Counted from the first letter of the stretch, positions 10,763 through 21,415 are shown. The stretch: DNA of 22,684 nucleotides from Tubiluchus corallicola (GCA_030141605.1 JAQGDQ010001876.1:1-22684), one strand, 5' to 3'. Numbers and translations are program-made. The notes: generated by a model from the sequence alone, not told the origin.

Positions 10763-10841
10763 GTATTAAATCTATTTGATCCTGAGGCCGCTGTTCAAAA
10801 TAATCAAATTAAAATGTTACTTGACACTTCATTGACCACAC

Positions 10842-11100
10842 TTGTTATAGTTACCCAAACGAAGTGAGCAATTATACAATTATCTGTCTTGTCTGTCTGT
10901 CCGTCGTTTTTTCTCGGTTATGGAGAAATCTAGGAAGTCGGTACCAGGCACAGTTGTAGGGCATGATTTGAGCTCGGAGCCAATAAATTTTGGTGCCAAT
11001 TGGCGCAGATTTGAATTTTCTTAAAGTTTTTTTTTGAAGATTTTGCCTTACAACAAAGTTGTGAACCTCCCCGTTCGGGCGTTCGATCAGTGAACACCAG
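10842..11100 (+). mobile_element. Helentron-associated (HINE/DINE-1-like) element end; far boundary not identified
   Basis: Imperfect hairpin TATAGTTACCC-aaacgaagt-GAGCAATTATA followed by a (GTCY)n tract. Confidence 0.5.
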
Positions 11101-11628
11101 GAACAGTTAACCGATTTATGATTCATTAGCAGCACATCAAACAACAGTAATTGCTAACATATATCAAATCCGCGCCGTATGATAGTGGATCTGTTTTTTG
11201 ACGGACATTCAAGATTTTTACAGCTGTCCTCGGAGCACCTTAATGCAAAATTCGGGCACAAAAAGTTTGGTTAGCAGAAGGCACAAAAACACAGGTCTAA
11301 ATGTTCTTTTACGTCGAGTTATAGTCTCTTATGATGGTGACTTTACAGAGATTTTTAATTTTGAACTGAAAGTTGTAATCCTTGTCAACGCGAGAAATAT
11401 GTTTTTAATTAAATCACAAGAAACTCTCCGCTTATGTAGAGCTTAAAAGTCTTGAAATTTCATACCACTTACGTATTGCCTTTTTGCGTGAAGGGCTTGC
11501 GTCTGCAGTAACGGCGTATAAAACTTGTAAATTTGATACTTCTTGATATAAACCGTTTGATACCTACTACGTTACTGTGCACAAGTAAACAAATATGATA
11601 ATACGTGTACCTTCTGATAACACTGTAT

Positions 11629-12158
11629 CAGTGGCGATATGTTTATTGGTACAGTGGAACTGCAGCACCCCCCCTATTTTCACTCAATATTATCGATAGT
11701 ATTCATTATAATAAATGTTTTTTCCTTTAGTTCTTTCTTTATACTTGTACGGTCTAGAGCACATGAGGGTAGTACTGTTTGCTTCACAGTGTGCTCCAGC
11801 AGTACGGTGTTTAGCTGTTGTGCGCATGTCTCAGACAGCACGCTGTATGCTGCACTGCTAGTGTCTGCTGCTAGATAGAGAAAGTACTGTCGCTCACACA
11901 GTTTGTTGTCAGTTGTCAGATGCTCTTGTACCGACATATTCATGAATTGCCACCATTTAGACTATTTATCAGCAAAAATTTTTTTGTTTAGGACTTTATC
12001 AACTTTATGTATAAATTTTTGTACGTTTGTTTGTTTAAAATTACAATTACAAATTGCAACTTTAAAATTACACGTTTGTTTATTTATACTGTATTAAAAA
12101 ATGGCTAAAAATTTTCTGAAGCAGTGCCTCCACTAATTTTAGCTACAAACCTCCACTG
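11629..12158. mobile_element. hAT-like MITE
   Basis: Termini CAGTGGCG...CTCCACTG; flanks actgta-t / actgtaat fit an 8-bp TSD with one indel. Confidence 0.6.
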
Positions 12159-12278
12159 ACTGTAATGTTCTCTTCTTGATGTGATTAGAGTTTTCTTAGA
12201 CTTATTAGTCTTAGTCTTAGTCTTACTAGAACTTATTTTCGAGTTGATCAATTACGGACTACTTTTTTGTTTATCCAG

Positions 12279-12359
12279 TCGAAAGAGGCGTATGTGGCTC
12301 GCGGGACGGAGTATGAGAAATTACGGCAGTCCAACGGTTCACCCAAAGACTTGGAAAAG
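12279..12359 (+). CDS. FCHO2: FCHO F-BAR exon D (81 nt): SKEAYVARGTEYEKLRQSNGSPKDLEK
   Basis: ttttttgtttatccag acceptor, AAG/gtaagt donor, phase 0/0; cf. recalled SKENY...EQERLKKEGATQREIEK. Confidence 0.9.
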
Positions 12360-12500
12360 GTAAGTAGGTTTGTCCCCACGTGACGTTTGTAGCCAAATCA
12401 ACTTTGTTTTTCGCACGAGAGAAAGAGAAGCTTAGTGCAAACTGACATTTGTTCACATGTAACTCACCGTTAGTAAATATCTATGTAGAATTACTATGTA

Positions 12501-12868
12501 CACTCGTATCTCTGTTTGCCGGACAAAAGCGGGTCGGTTCGAATTTGCCGATAGTCCATATTTACCCATACTAGGATAAGGCTGCTGGGTACTAGGATAG
12601 TAAGGATAGTAGGCTGCACCTATGCAAAAGTATATAAAAACTGTCAGCAATTTGCTCAAATAACTCTGCATAATCGATTCTATATTTTTATACATAGAGA
12701 TATACATGTGGTTACACTGATGTACGTGATGTAAACAAAGTGACGGCACATCAGCTAGCGGTCAGCTCGCAAAACAGCGGACTGTGTCCGTAATATGCGG
12801 GACTTTTAATGGTCCAGATTTTGTCCGATGTCTGTAAAAGCGAGGTCCGGCAAACCGAGATGTGAGTG
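12501..12868 (-). mobile_element. TA-flanked MITE, copy 2 (inverted relative to 8250-8552)
   Basis: TA-CACTCGTATCTCTGTTTGCCGGAC ... GTCCGGCAAACCGAGATGTGAGTG-TA. Confidence 0.85.
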
Positions 12869-13019
12869 TAGTCTCTCAAGCTCTCTTTTTTCCACCACAC
12901 CTGCTTCTCTAACAAATTATTATTGTTAACACTCTTTGCTTTACTGTTGTAAAAAATGTTTTAAATAAAAATATTTGCTCTAATTGGCGTGATGTAGTAG
13001 CCATAGTTGCGTGTGTTTG

Positions 13020-13510
13020 AGGGTTGCCAGTCATTCGTAAGACAAAAGTAAGCCAAATGGCATAAAATTTGACCAAATCTAAGTGAGAAAATAGCCAAAA
13101 GTAAGCCAAATGGCATAAAATTTGACTAAATCTAACTGAGAAATTAGCCAAAATAAGCCAAATGGCATAAAATTTGACTAAATCTAAGTGAGAAAACAGC
13201 CAAAATAAGCCAAATGGCATAAAATTTGACCAAACCTAAGTGAGAAAATAGCCAAAATAAGCCAAATGGCATAAAATTTGACCAAATCTAAGTGAGAAAA
13301 TAGCCAAAATAAGCCAAATGGCATAAAATTTGACCAAATCTAAGTGAGAAAACAGCCAAAATAAGCCAAATCCACGAAGCAAATTTCAATTCTGCAAAAA
13401 ATAAATGAGCGCTTGTTTTAATCAAACGATGGCAGCCGTGTTGACAGTAATTTTTGATAAATTATTTTTACAGAAAAATCCAAGGTTCAGTTAAGCCGAA
13501 TGGCAACATC
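13020..13510. mobile_element. Degenerate hAT-like MITE (GGGTTGCCA...TGGCAAC) containing the 52-bp array
   Basis: Left GTTGCCAgtcATTCG versus right CGAATGGCAAC; no TSD found. Confidence 0.55.
13044..13371 (+). repeat. 52-bp tandem repeat, ~6 units (AAGCCAAATGGCATAAAATTTGACCAAATCTAAGTGAGAAAATAGCCAAAAT)
   Basis: Unit starts at 13050, 13103, 13155, 13207, 13259, 13311, 13363. Confidence 0.95.
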
Positions 13511-13751
13511 GTTCTTATATAAACAACATTTATTTTTGTAAATGTACAAAGAAACTTAAGAACTATGTTTTTTTGTACAAAGTGTTGGTCTCTTTTACTG
13601 CTTACTACAAAAATTTTACATAACCGAACGATGGGTTACGTTAGGCAGATGCAGTGAGAGCGAGTTTTGGGTTGCTTAACTTTCCGAATACGGATTTACT
13701 TCTTTTTCCGTGAGGCAAAGTTTCACCTCCTCTTTGTTTTATTACCTCCAG

Positions 13752-13856
13752 GCGGAAGCAAAGTTTCGCAAGGCAACGGACGAATACAAGTCTTACGTGG
13801 AGAAATATGCCAACATTCGAAGCGATTTTGAAAAGAAAATGCTGATGTCTTGTAGG
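13752..13856 (+). CDS. FCHO2: FCHO F-BAR exon E (105 nt): AEAKFRKATDEYKSYVEKYANIRSDFEKKMLMSCR
   Basis: tacctccag acceptor, gtaaga donor, phase 0/0; lies within ORF 13710..13949. Confidence 0.94.
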
Positions 13857-14235
13857 GTAAGACGTTTTGACGGCCTTGTTCTATGCCGTGCTTGGCCGAT
13901 TTTTGGAGACTTGAAAGCCACGTTTATATTTTGCTGCATTTCGTTTTAGACAGTAACTGTTTTCCATTTGTACATGTTAGTTTAGCAGTCTGTTCCTAGG
14001 TATATTTCATTTCAGTCGGACGGGAAACATTAATTGTTTTTTTCTTGAATCAAAATCACGCTTCATTTCACTTAGATGTATTTGCTGCTTTTTCTTCTCC
14101 CAAAGCAGCTGCTTGACAAGATTTGGTTTTTCTGTGTGAAATACAAAAGAGGGCTAATGCTAGTGTGAAATGCAATAGAGGTTTTTTTTTAATAGAGAAA
14201 TTTAAATCTATCTTCATTTTGTTGGGCCGAATTTT

Positions 14236-15177
14236 GGTAGTACGGGTAAATACAGTACAGGTAAATAGTAGTACAGGTGAAGACTAGTATAGGTAAATAC
14301 AGTACAGGTAAATAGTACAGGCAAATACTAGTACAGGTGAATACATTACAGGTAAATGCATTACAAGTAAATACAGTACAGGCAAACCAGTACGGGTAAA
14401 TACAGTACAGGTAAATACCAGTACATGTGAATATTAGTACAGGCGAATACTAGTAAGTGTGAATACTAGTACAGGTATATTCTAGTACAGGTAGATTCTA
14501 GTACAGGTGAATACTAGTACAGGTGAATACTGGTACAGGTAGATACTAGTACACATGAATACTAGTACAGGTGAATACTAGTACATTTGAATATTAGTAC
14601 AGGTGAATAGTAGTACATGTGAATACTAGTACAGGTTAATATTAGCATGTGTGAATACTAGTATGTGTGACTACTAGTACATGCGAATATTAGTTCAGGT
14701 GAATACTAGTACATGTGAATACTAGTACACATGAATACTAGTACAGGCAAATACTAGTACACGTGAATACTAGTACAGGCAAATACTAGTACATGTGAAT
14801 ACTAGTACAGGCAAATACTAGTACATGATGTGAATGTTAGTACAGGTGAATACTAGTACATGTGAATACTAGTACAGGTGAATATTAGCACATGTGACTA
14901 CTAGTATGTGTGAATACTAGTACATGCGAATATTAGTTCAGGTGAATACTAGTACATGTGAATACTAATACATGTGAATACTAGTACAGGCAAATACTAG
15001 TACAGGCAAATACTAGTACATGTGAATACTAGTACAGGCAAATACTAGTACATGTGAATATTAGTACAGGTTAATATTATTACAGATAAATACAGTATAC
15101 GTGAATACTAGTACAAGTGAATATTGGTACAGCTAGATACTAGTACAGGTGAATATTAGTACAGGTAAATACAGTAG
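14236..15177 (+). repeat. 16-bp minisatellite (TACTAGTACAGGTGAA), ~59 units, with 15-bp variants at the edges
   Basis: Directly visible; core palindrome TACTAGTA. Confidence 0.95.
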
Positions 15178-16166
15178 GCATCGTTTATTAGACTCACAGT
15201 TAATGAAATTAGTTGCTTAATTAAAAGAAGCAATCAAGTTCTGTACCTTTTTGTTGAAATAGGTACGTTTATTATGCGCTGATATGCAACCCAAGCGGTT
15301 TTGCTTTGAATCTGTCACCTGCTCATTCGCTGCAGTTAACCTCATTGCCCAACAACTTACTAAAGCTAAACGTCTAATTATTTGCCTAGCAGTTTCCTTT
15401 TGAAGTTCTTGCTGCTTTTCACAGAACATTTAATCTGTTAATTGTTGCTGTTATGCAACCAATGTAGCGGTAGTAATCTGCCAGAACTCTTTGCGACTTT
15501 ACAAGTGTAAATATCATAAAGCAGCTAAGAGCATAGAGTTAGTTTTGAAAAATGGAGCATAAGAGTAAAAACCTAACATTTGAAGTTCTCACAGCCTTTA
15601 CAGCCCATACCAGCCCATAACTCATAATTCTTCACTAGTATTACCACACCCTGCTAATCGCTAATAGCTGCTAATCAATTCAGTTGGTTAATTGGGTCTG
15701 TGCTACCTTCTTATAAAAAATCTCCAATAACATAATTCTGTAGCTTGTATCATTTAATCTGAAAACAAATGAGATAATTTTATATAATTTTGCTCAATTT
15801 TACGGCAAAATCTAAACCAAATTGATCTAATTAACTTTAACAAATTTTACGCAAATTATAAAATCTAATCTCTAGTCTTTTTAATAAACAAAGGTTCAAG
15901 ATTTAAGAAATTAATAAATCAACTTACATGGTGATCTTCTATAAGTGTAATTATGAAATTATAACAACGAATCAATGAATGACGCTAAACAATCTGTCAC
16001 TGCAGGCAATGGTAAACGGAAACGCATTACACTGTTTCTCTCTTATTTTTTGAGGTTCTCCCCCTTACCCCGGGAAGAGTATTGTATTGTTTTTGCTGTC
16101 TGTGTTGTTATTTTGTCTGGATGTGTCACTGCCACGTTTGTTACTGGTTTTTCCATTAAATTGCAG

Positions 16167-16265
16167 CATTTTCAAGACGTTGAGATCGAGCACATTAAGA
16201 AGATGAAGACCTTTGTAGAAACCTATGCAAAGACGGCCGAAGGTCATCAAGCTTTAATACAACAG
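16167..16265 (+). CDS. FCHO2: FCHO F-BAR exon F (99 nt): HFQDVEIEHIKKMKTFVETYAKTAEGHQALIQQ
   Basis: ttgcag acceptor, CAG/gtagaa donor, phase 0/0; FQDxE..H motif. Confidence 0.92.
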
Positions 16266-16384
16266 GTAGAACATTTATTTTCATTTATTTTATTATCAGT
16301 TAGTCTCAGTAACACCAATTAGGCAGCGAAGTGACGAATTTGTCCGCCTTTGGGAACTTGACAATTATTATAAATGTTACTTCG

Positions 16385-17358
16385 ACTTGAACGTGAACGA
16401 ATTTACTGAAAATGTGAACTACAGGTTAAGTTGAACTTGAACGTGAAGTTCACTGAAAATGTGAACTACAGGTTAAGTTTAACTTGAACGTGCAGTTCAC
16501 TGAAAATGTGAACTACAGGTTAAGTTGAACTTGAACGTGCAGTTCACTGAAAATGTGAACTACAGGTTAAGTTGAACTTGAACGCGAACGAATTTACTGA
16601 AAATGCGAACTACAGGTTAAGGTGAGCTTCAATGTGAACGAGTTCACTGAAAATGCGAACTACAGGTTAAGGTGAACTTCAATGTGAACGACTTCACTGA
16701 AAATGTGAACTACAGTTTAATTTGAACTCCATTGTGAACGACTTCACTGAAAATGTGAACTACAGGTTAAGTTTAACTTGAACGTGAAGTTCACTGAAAA
16801 TGTGAACTACAGGTTAAATTTAACTTTAACATGAATGAGTTCACTGAAAATGTGAACTACAGGTTAAGTTGAACTTGAACATGAACGAATTCACTGAAAA
16901 TGTGAACTACAGGTTAAGTTGAACTTGAACGTGAAGTTCACTGAAAATGTGAACTACAGGTTAAGTTTAACTTGAACGTGAAGTTCACTGAAAATGTGAA
17001 CTACAGGTTAAGTTGAACTTGAACGTGAACGAGTTCACTGATAATGTGAACTACAGGTTAAGTTTAACTTGAACATGAATGAGTTCACTGAAAATGTGAA
17101 CTACAGGTTAAGTTGAACTTGAACATGAACGAATTCACTGAAAATGTGAACTAAAGACTAAGTTGAACTTTGAACGTGATCGAATTCACTGAAAATGTGA
17201 ACTACAGACTAAGTTGAACTTTGAACGTGAACGAATTCACTGAAAATGTGAATTACAGGTTAAGTTGAACTTGAACGTGAATGAATTCACTGAAAACGTG
17301 AACTACAGGTTAAGATGAACTTGAACGTGAACGAATTCACTAAAAACGTGAACTACAG
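16385..17358 (+). repeat. 50/47-bp minisatellite, ~20 units (GAACGTGAACGAATTCACTGAAAATGTGAACTACAGGTTAAGTTGAACTT)
   Basis: Unit starts at 16389, 16439, 16486...; no spacers. Confidence 0.95.
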
Positions 17359-17786
17359 CAAATTCATCTACAAACTGGGAAGAAAATTAAGCGCTAATTT
17401 ACGCCATTGCTGAATATGCAACATTCTGACACATTGTGGCTTGATGAAGCTGCCATTCTTCTGATAAATTCTACGGCTTTTCTAAATGATGAAATAGACT
17501 CAGTTACTTAATAATGAAATCTATATAAGAGTTGTTAAGAGAATCACCAGTTCCTGCCTCGCAACGCTAAGCTGTGTTTTGGCGAAGACCCAAGCCATTC
17601 AAGACTAAGATTAACGCCAAGTCCGCAAATTTTGTGACTAACACCTGGACCATGTACTGGTAGCTCGAGGCTGAACAGTTTTTGTTCAAAACTTTTTCGT
17701 TGAACGTAGTTTTGTTGATACCGTAGTATTCGTAGCTACTGTGTTCGTATTGTAGATCCTAAGAACGTTTTATTTCATCTGAGATT

Positions 17787-18250
17787 CAGGGATGAGAATT
17801 TTCCGCGGATACGCGGAATTCCGAGTTTTTGGAAGACCGGTAGTGCCATTTTTGTAAATCGCATAAATTCGTTGAGAAAATTTTTGGGGTTGAATCTCGT
17901 TTTCGATCGTAACCAAAAGTTTCAGTAGCATTTTTTCGAGGTATTCATCCAGCTTACCTTTATCTCCTAGATGTTAAAAATCGCTGAAAAATTTTGGCTA
18001 AAATAGTTCAAATAAAGCGTATAAACACCGTTTATTTGACAATCTGTACGATTTGTAGCATGCCTTTTACGGCAATGCGGCATATCTTCATTGCTGACAA
18101 ATGTGGAGCTTTGAGGCCTCCCGACACAAACAACCGAAATACCAAAGCGTAAAATGAATAAAACCAAGTTTAATTTTATAATTTATGAAATATAGGCAAC
18201 AAAATATATGCAAAATAAAATTTGTTAATTTTTTGAAGCTTCGCGATCAT
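17787..18250 (+). mobile_element. Diverged third copy of the CAGGGATG-terminus element
   Basis: Begins CAGGGATG; shares internal blocks with 146-621. Confidence 0.7.
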
Positions 18251-18482
18251 ATGTATCATGTATCCTTGATAATTGGGTATTTTAAATTATGCATGAAACA
18301 AGGTAATTGATATTTTAAGTCCACTTAGAGGCTCTCTATGGTCACAAAATTGCAATTTGTTGCTGCCTTCAAACCCCCGGCCTGTTTCAGAGATTTTTGC
18401 AATTTGTCATTCTCATCTCTGGAGATTAAGTAGTTAGAATTATAGCGTTTGTGATTTTATGCAGCATTGCAGCTGGTATAAA

Positions 18483-19615
18483 AAAGACTTTGTTTCAAAA
18501 TAGTTAGAAATAGTTCATTATTATGATTTGTTAAGTTGAAAAATACTTCACTATGCAGTTGTAAGAAATTGTTTAGTTAAATGAAAAAAGTTCTTTTTCT
18601 TCTGGTAGATGGCGCCACGCGTGTAAAGACTTTGTTTCAAAATAGTTAGAAATAGTTCATTATTATGATTTGTTAAGTTGAAAAATACTTCACTATGCAG
18701 TTGTAAGAAATCGTTTAGTTAAATGAAAAAAAGTTCTGTTTCTTCTGGTAGATGGCACCATGCGTGTAAAGACTTTGTTTCAAAATATCTAGAAATAGTT
18801 CATTAGTATGATTTGTTAACTTGAAAAATACTTCACTATGCAGTTGTAAGAAATCATTTAGTTTAATGAGAAAAAGTTCTTTCTCTTCTGGTAGATGGCG
18901 CCACGTGTGTAAAGACTTTGTTTAAAAATAGCTAGAAATAGTTCATTATTATGATTTGTTAAGTTGAAAAATACTTCACTATGTAGTTGTAAGAAATCAT
19001 TTAGATAAATGAGAAAAAGTTCTTTTTCTTCTGGTAGATGGCACCACGTGTGTAAAGACTTTAAAAATAGCTAGAAATAGTTCATTATTATGATTTGTTA
19101 AGTTGAAAAATACTTCACTATTCAGTTGTAAGAAATCATTTAGTTAAATGAAAAAAGTTTTTTTTCTTCTGGTAGATGGCGCCACGCGTGTAAAGACTTT
19201 GTTTAAAATAGCTAAAAATAGTTCATTATTATGATTTGTTAACTTGAAAAATACTTTACTATGCAGTTGTAAGAAATCGCTTAGTTGAATGAAAAAAGTT
19301 CTTTTTCTTCTGGTAGATGGCGCCACGCATGTAAAGACTTTGTTTGAAAATAGCTAGAAATAGTTCATTATTATGATTTGTTAAGTTGAAAAAATACTTC
19401 ACTATGTAGTTGTAAGAAATCGTTTAGATAAGTGAAAAAAGTTTTTTTCTTCTGGTAGATGGCGCCACGCGTGTAAAGACTTTGTTTAAAAATAGCTAGA
19501 AATAGTTCATTATTATGATTTGTTAAGTTGAAAAATACTTCACTATGTAGTTGTAAGAAATCGTTTAGTTAAATGAAAAAAGTTCTTTTTCTTCTGCTAG
19601 ATGGCACCACGTGTG
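18483..19615 (+). repeat. ~142-bp tandem repeat, 8 units, ending ~32 bp before exon G
   Basis: AAAGACTTT unit starts at 18483, 18625, 18768, 18911, 19054, 19192, 19333, 19475. Confidence 0.96.
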
Positions 19616-19647
19616 TTCACTTTTGTAATTATAACCCTTTTCTCTAG

Positions 19648-19744
19648 GTACACACGGAGCTCAAGCAACAATCAGATGAACTGACTGTAGAAAAACTCAT
19701 AGATCATTTCATACAACATAAGGGAACGGGTACCGAAAAATTAG
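19648..19744 (+). CDS. FCHO2: FCHO F-BAR exon G (97 nt): VHTELKQQSDELTVEKLIDHFIQHKGTGTEKL
   Basis: cccttttctctag acceptor, gtaggt donor, phase 0/1; KGTG motif. Confidence 0.93.
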
Positions 19745-20004
19745 GTAGGTGTTTGAGATAATTACTTTGCTATAAACCTTATGACGTTACCGGGAAAGAT
19801 CTAAAGTAATTAGTTTTCATTTACACAAAGTGCGAGGGTTTTGTTTTTCATGCATCCCGATCGACGTAGAACAGAAATGGCAAAAAAATTATTTCTCCAC
19901 CAGGATTTGAACTTGGAGCCGGCTGCCAAGAATGTAAGTTAAAGGCTCGAGTTACAAATCACGGATAAATGCCAAAAAGCATTCGTAGTACACACGTCAC
20001 TAGC

Positions 20005-20130
20005 TAATAATAATCTTTATTTAAAGTCGGCTTTTTGGGTCAACAATTAACATTAGCTCAAAGAGCTATTATCGCCACCTGTAAATAACAACCTACAACT
20101 ACATAACATAATAGATCCATAATAATAAGG
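20005..20130 (-). mobile_element. Probable LINE 3' tail fragment
   Basis: TAGCTC-AAA-GAGCTA stem-loop; minus-strand AATAAA followed by (ATT)n. Confidence 0.45.
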
Positions 20131-21179
20131 TTTTTGGCTATCCAGTACCATTTTTTAGGGCCCACCAGGAACAATGCTTAAGAAAATTTAAAAATACTAA
20201 GATCTTTTTCAGTTACATATGATTTCCAACAAAGTAAACGTAATGGTATAATATAAAAGATATCATATTGTATATAAAGTTTTTTTAAAACTTACTTTGA
20301 AATTTTCTTGTCCTTTCCTTTAATGGGGAAAGCAAAGAATTATAAAGTATATCCCTGAGAACTTTTCCTACAAAGTTATCTTACTTTGCACTAAGCACAC
20401 GCTGCCTGGAAGAACGTCGCTGCGTCGCTATCCCAGTGTGCACCACTGATTCACCAAAAACGCATTATTGATCTTACTGAAATATATCACCAGTTAGTGA
20501 AAGTGAGATACGACAGCTCTGATTATTTTTTCAAGCTGGTCAGTAACGCTATGTGATCTAAACTTGTTCCAAATGACTTGCCGTTAAAATGGCCACGCAT
20601 CACTGTCATCTCGGCAGTTTAAATTTACAAGTTTTATACTTTACAATGCAAACTCTGTGTGCAATCTGTACGCAGTAGGACAGAATGTAAGCGATATAAG
20701 ATTTTATTATGAACTTTTTTAAGCTTTAATAATGAAGAGTGTTTTCTTGTGCTTAAAGGACAAGAAAGGGGGAACCTGAAGTAGGTTTCAGAAAAATTTT
20801 ACAGCATCTTTATGCACGTATTGTATTCGTGTTGAAAGGAATTTTCGTTTGTTTTCATTTTAAATCTCCCGCAAAACTGTTCCAGGCGCGCCATTACATG
20901 ACGTCACTATGCCACGTAAATCAGGGGAAGAAAAGGAAATGTTAAATTATGGCCCAAAAGACTTTCCTTGCAAAATTTTATTACTTAGCATTTCACTTAC
21001 CTGCTGGAAAGACTTATGTAACTAGAATAATAATTTAAAATGTTTGTGCCAATTGGTAAAATGTCACTGACTCACCCTCCAAGGTGCGCCACTCCCTAAC
21101 CAAAAACGTATTTTTAATCTTGTTGACAAGATACCGTAATTTAAAATTTTATTTAATTAGCAACATTGATGCTACGAAT

Positions 21180-21415
21180 CCTCTGATTATGTTTTCAAAC
21201 TTTACTCAATGTTATCAAAACTTGTTTCAAACAACCTACCATTAAAATGGCTGCGCCTAACGGTCATCGCGGGAGTTTAAATTTACATGTTTTATACAGC
21301 GTTACTGCCGACGCAAGCCATGCATACGAAAAGGTAGTACGTAAGTCGTATAAAATTTCAAGACGATTTTTTAAGCTTTATGTAAGTGGAGAGTTTTCTT
21401 GTGTTTTAAGAAACT
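21180..21415 (+). repeat. Dispersed repeat; diverged direct copy at ~20515-20755 and inverted partial copy at ~11400-11535
   Basis: Shared AAATTTACAWGTTTTATAC..GTTACTGC.GACGCAAGCC..ACGTAAGT..AAATTTCAAGAC..GAGAGTTTCTTGTG blocks (fewer retained in the 20515 copy). Confidence 0.7.

Noticed and set aside
12190-12230. (TTAGTC)n as a telomere-like repeat
   Set aside because: Only about 4 degenerate units and not TTAGGG or TTAGG; more likely a repeat remnant.
12909-13220. 103-aa hydrophobic minus-strand ORF
   Set aside because: Largely a translation of the 52-bp tandem repeat.
15975-16322. 115-aa ORF with an apparent transmembrane segment as a standalone gene
   Set aside because: Only 16167-16265 is exon; the hydrophobic part is translated T-rich intron sequence.
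16385-17358. CRISPR-like palindromic repeat
   Set aside because: No variable spacers; the whole unit is repeated.
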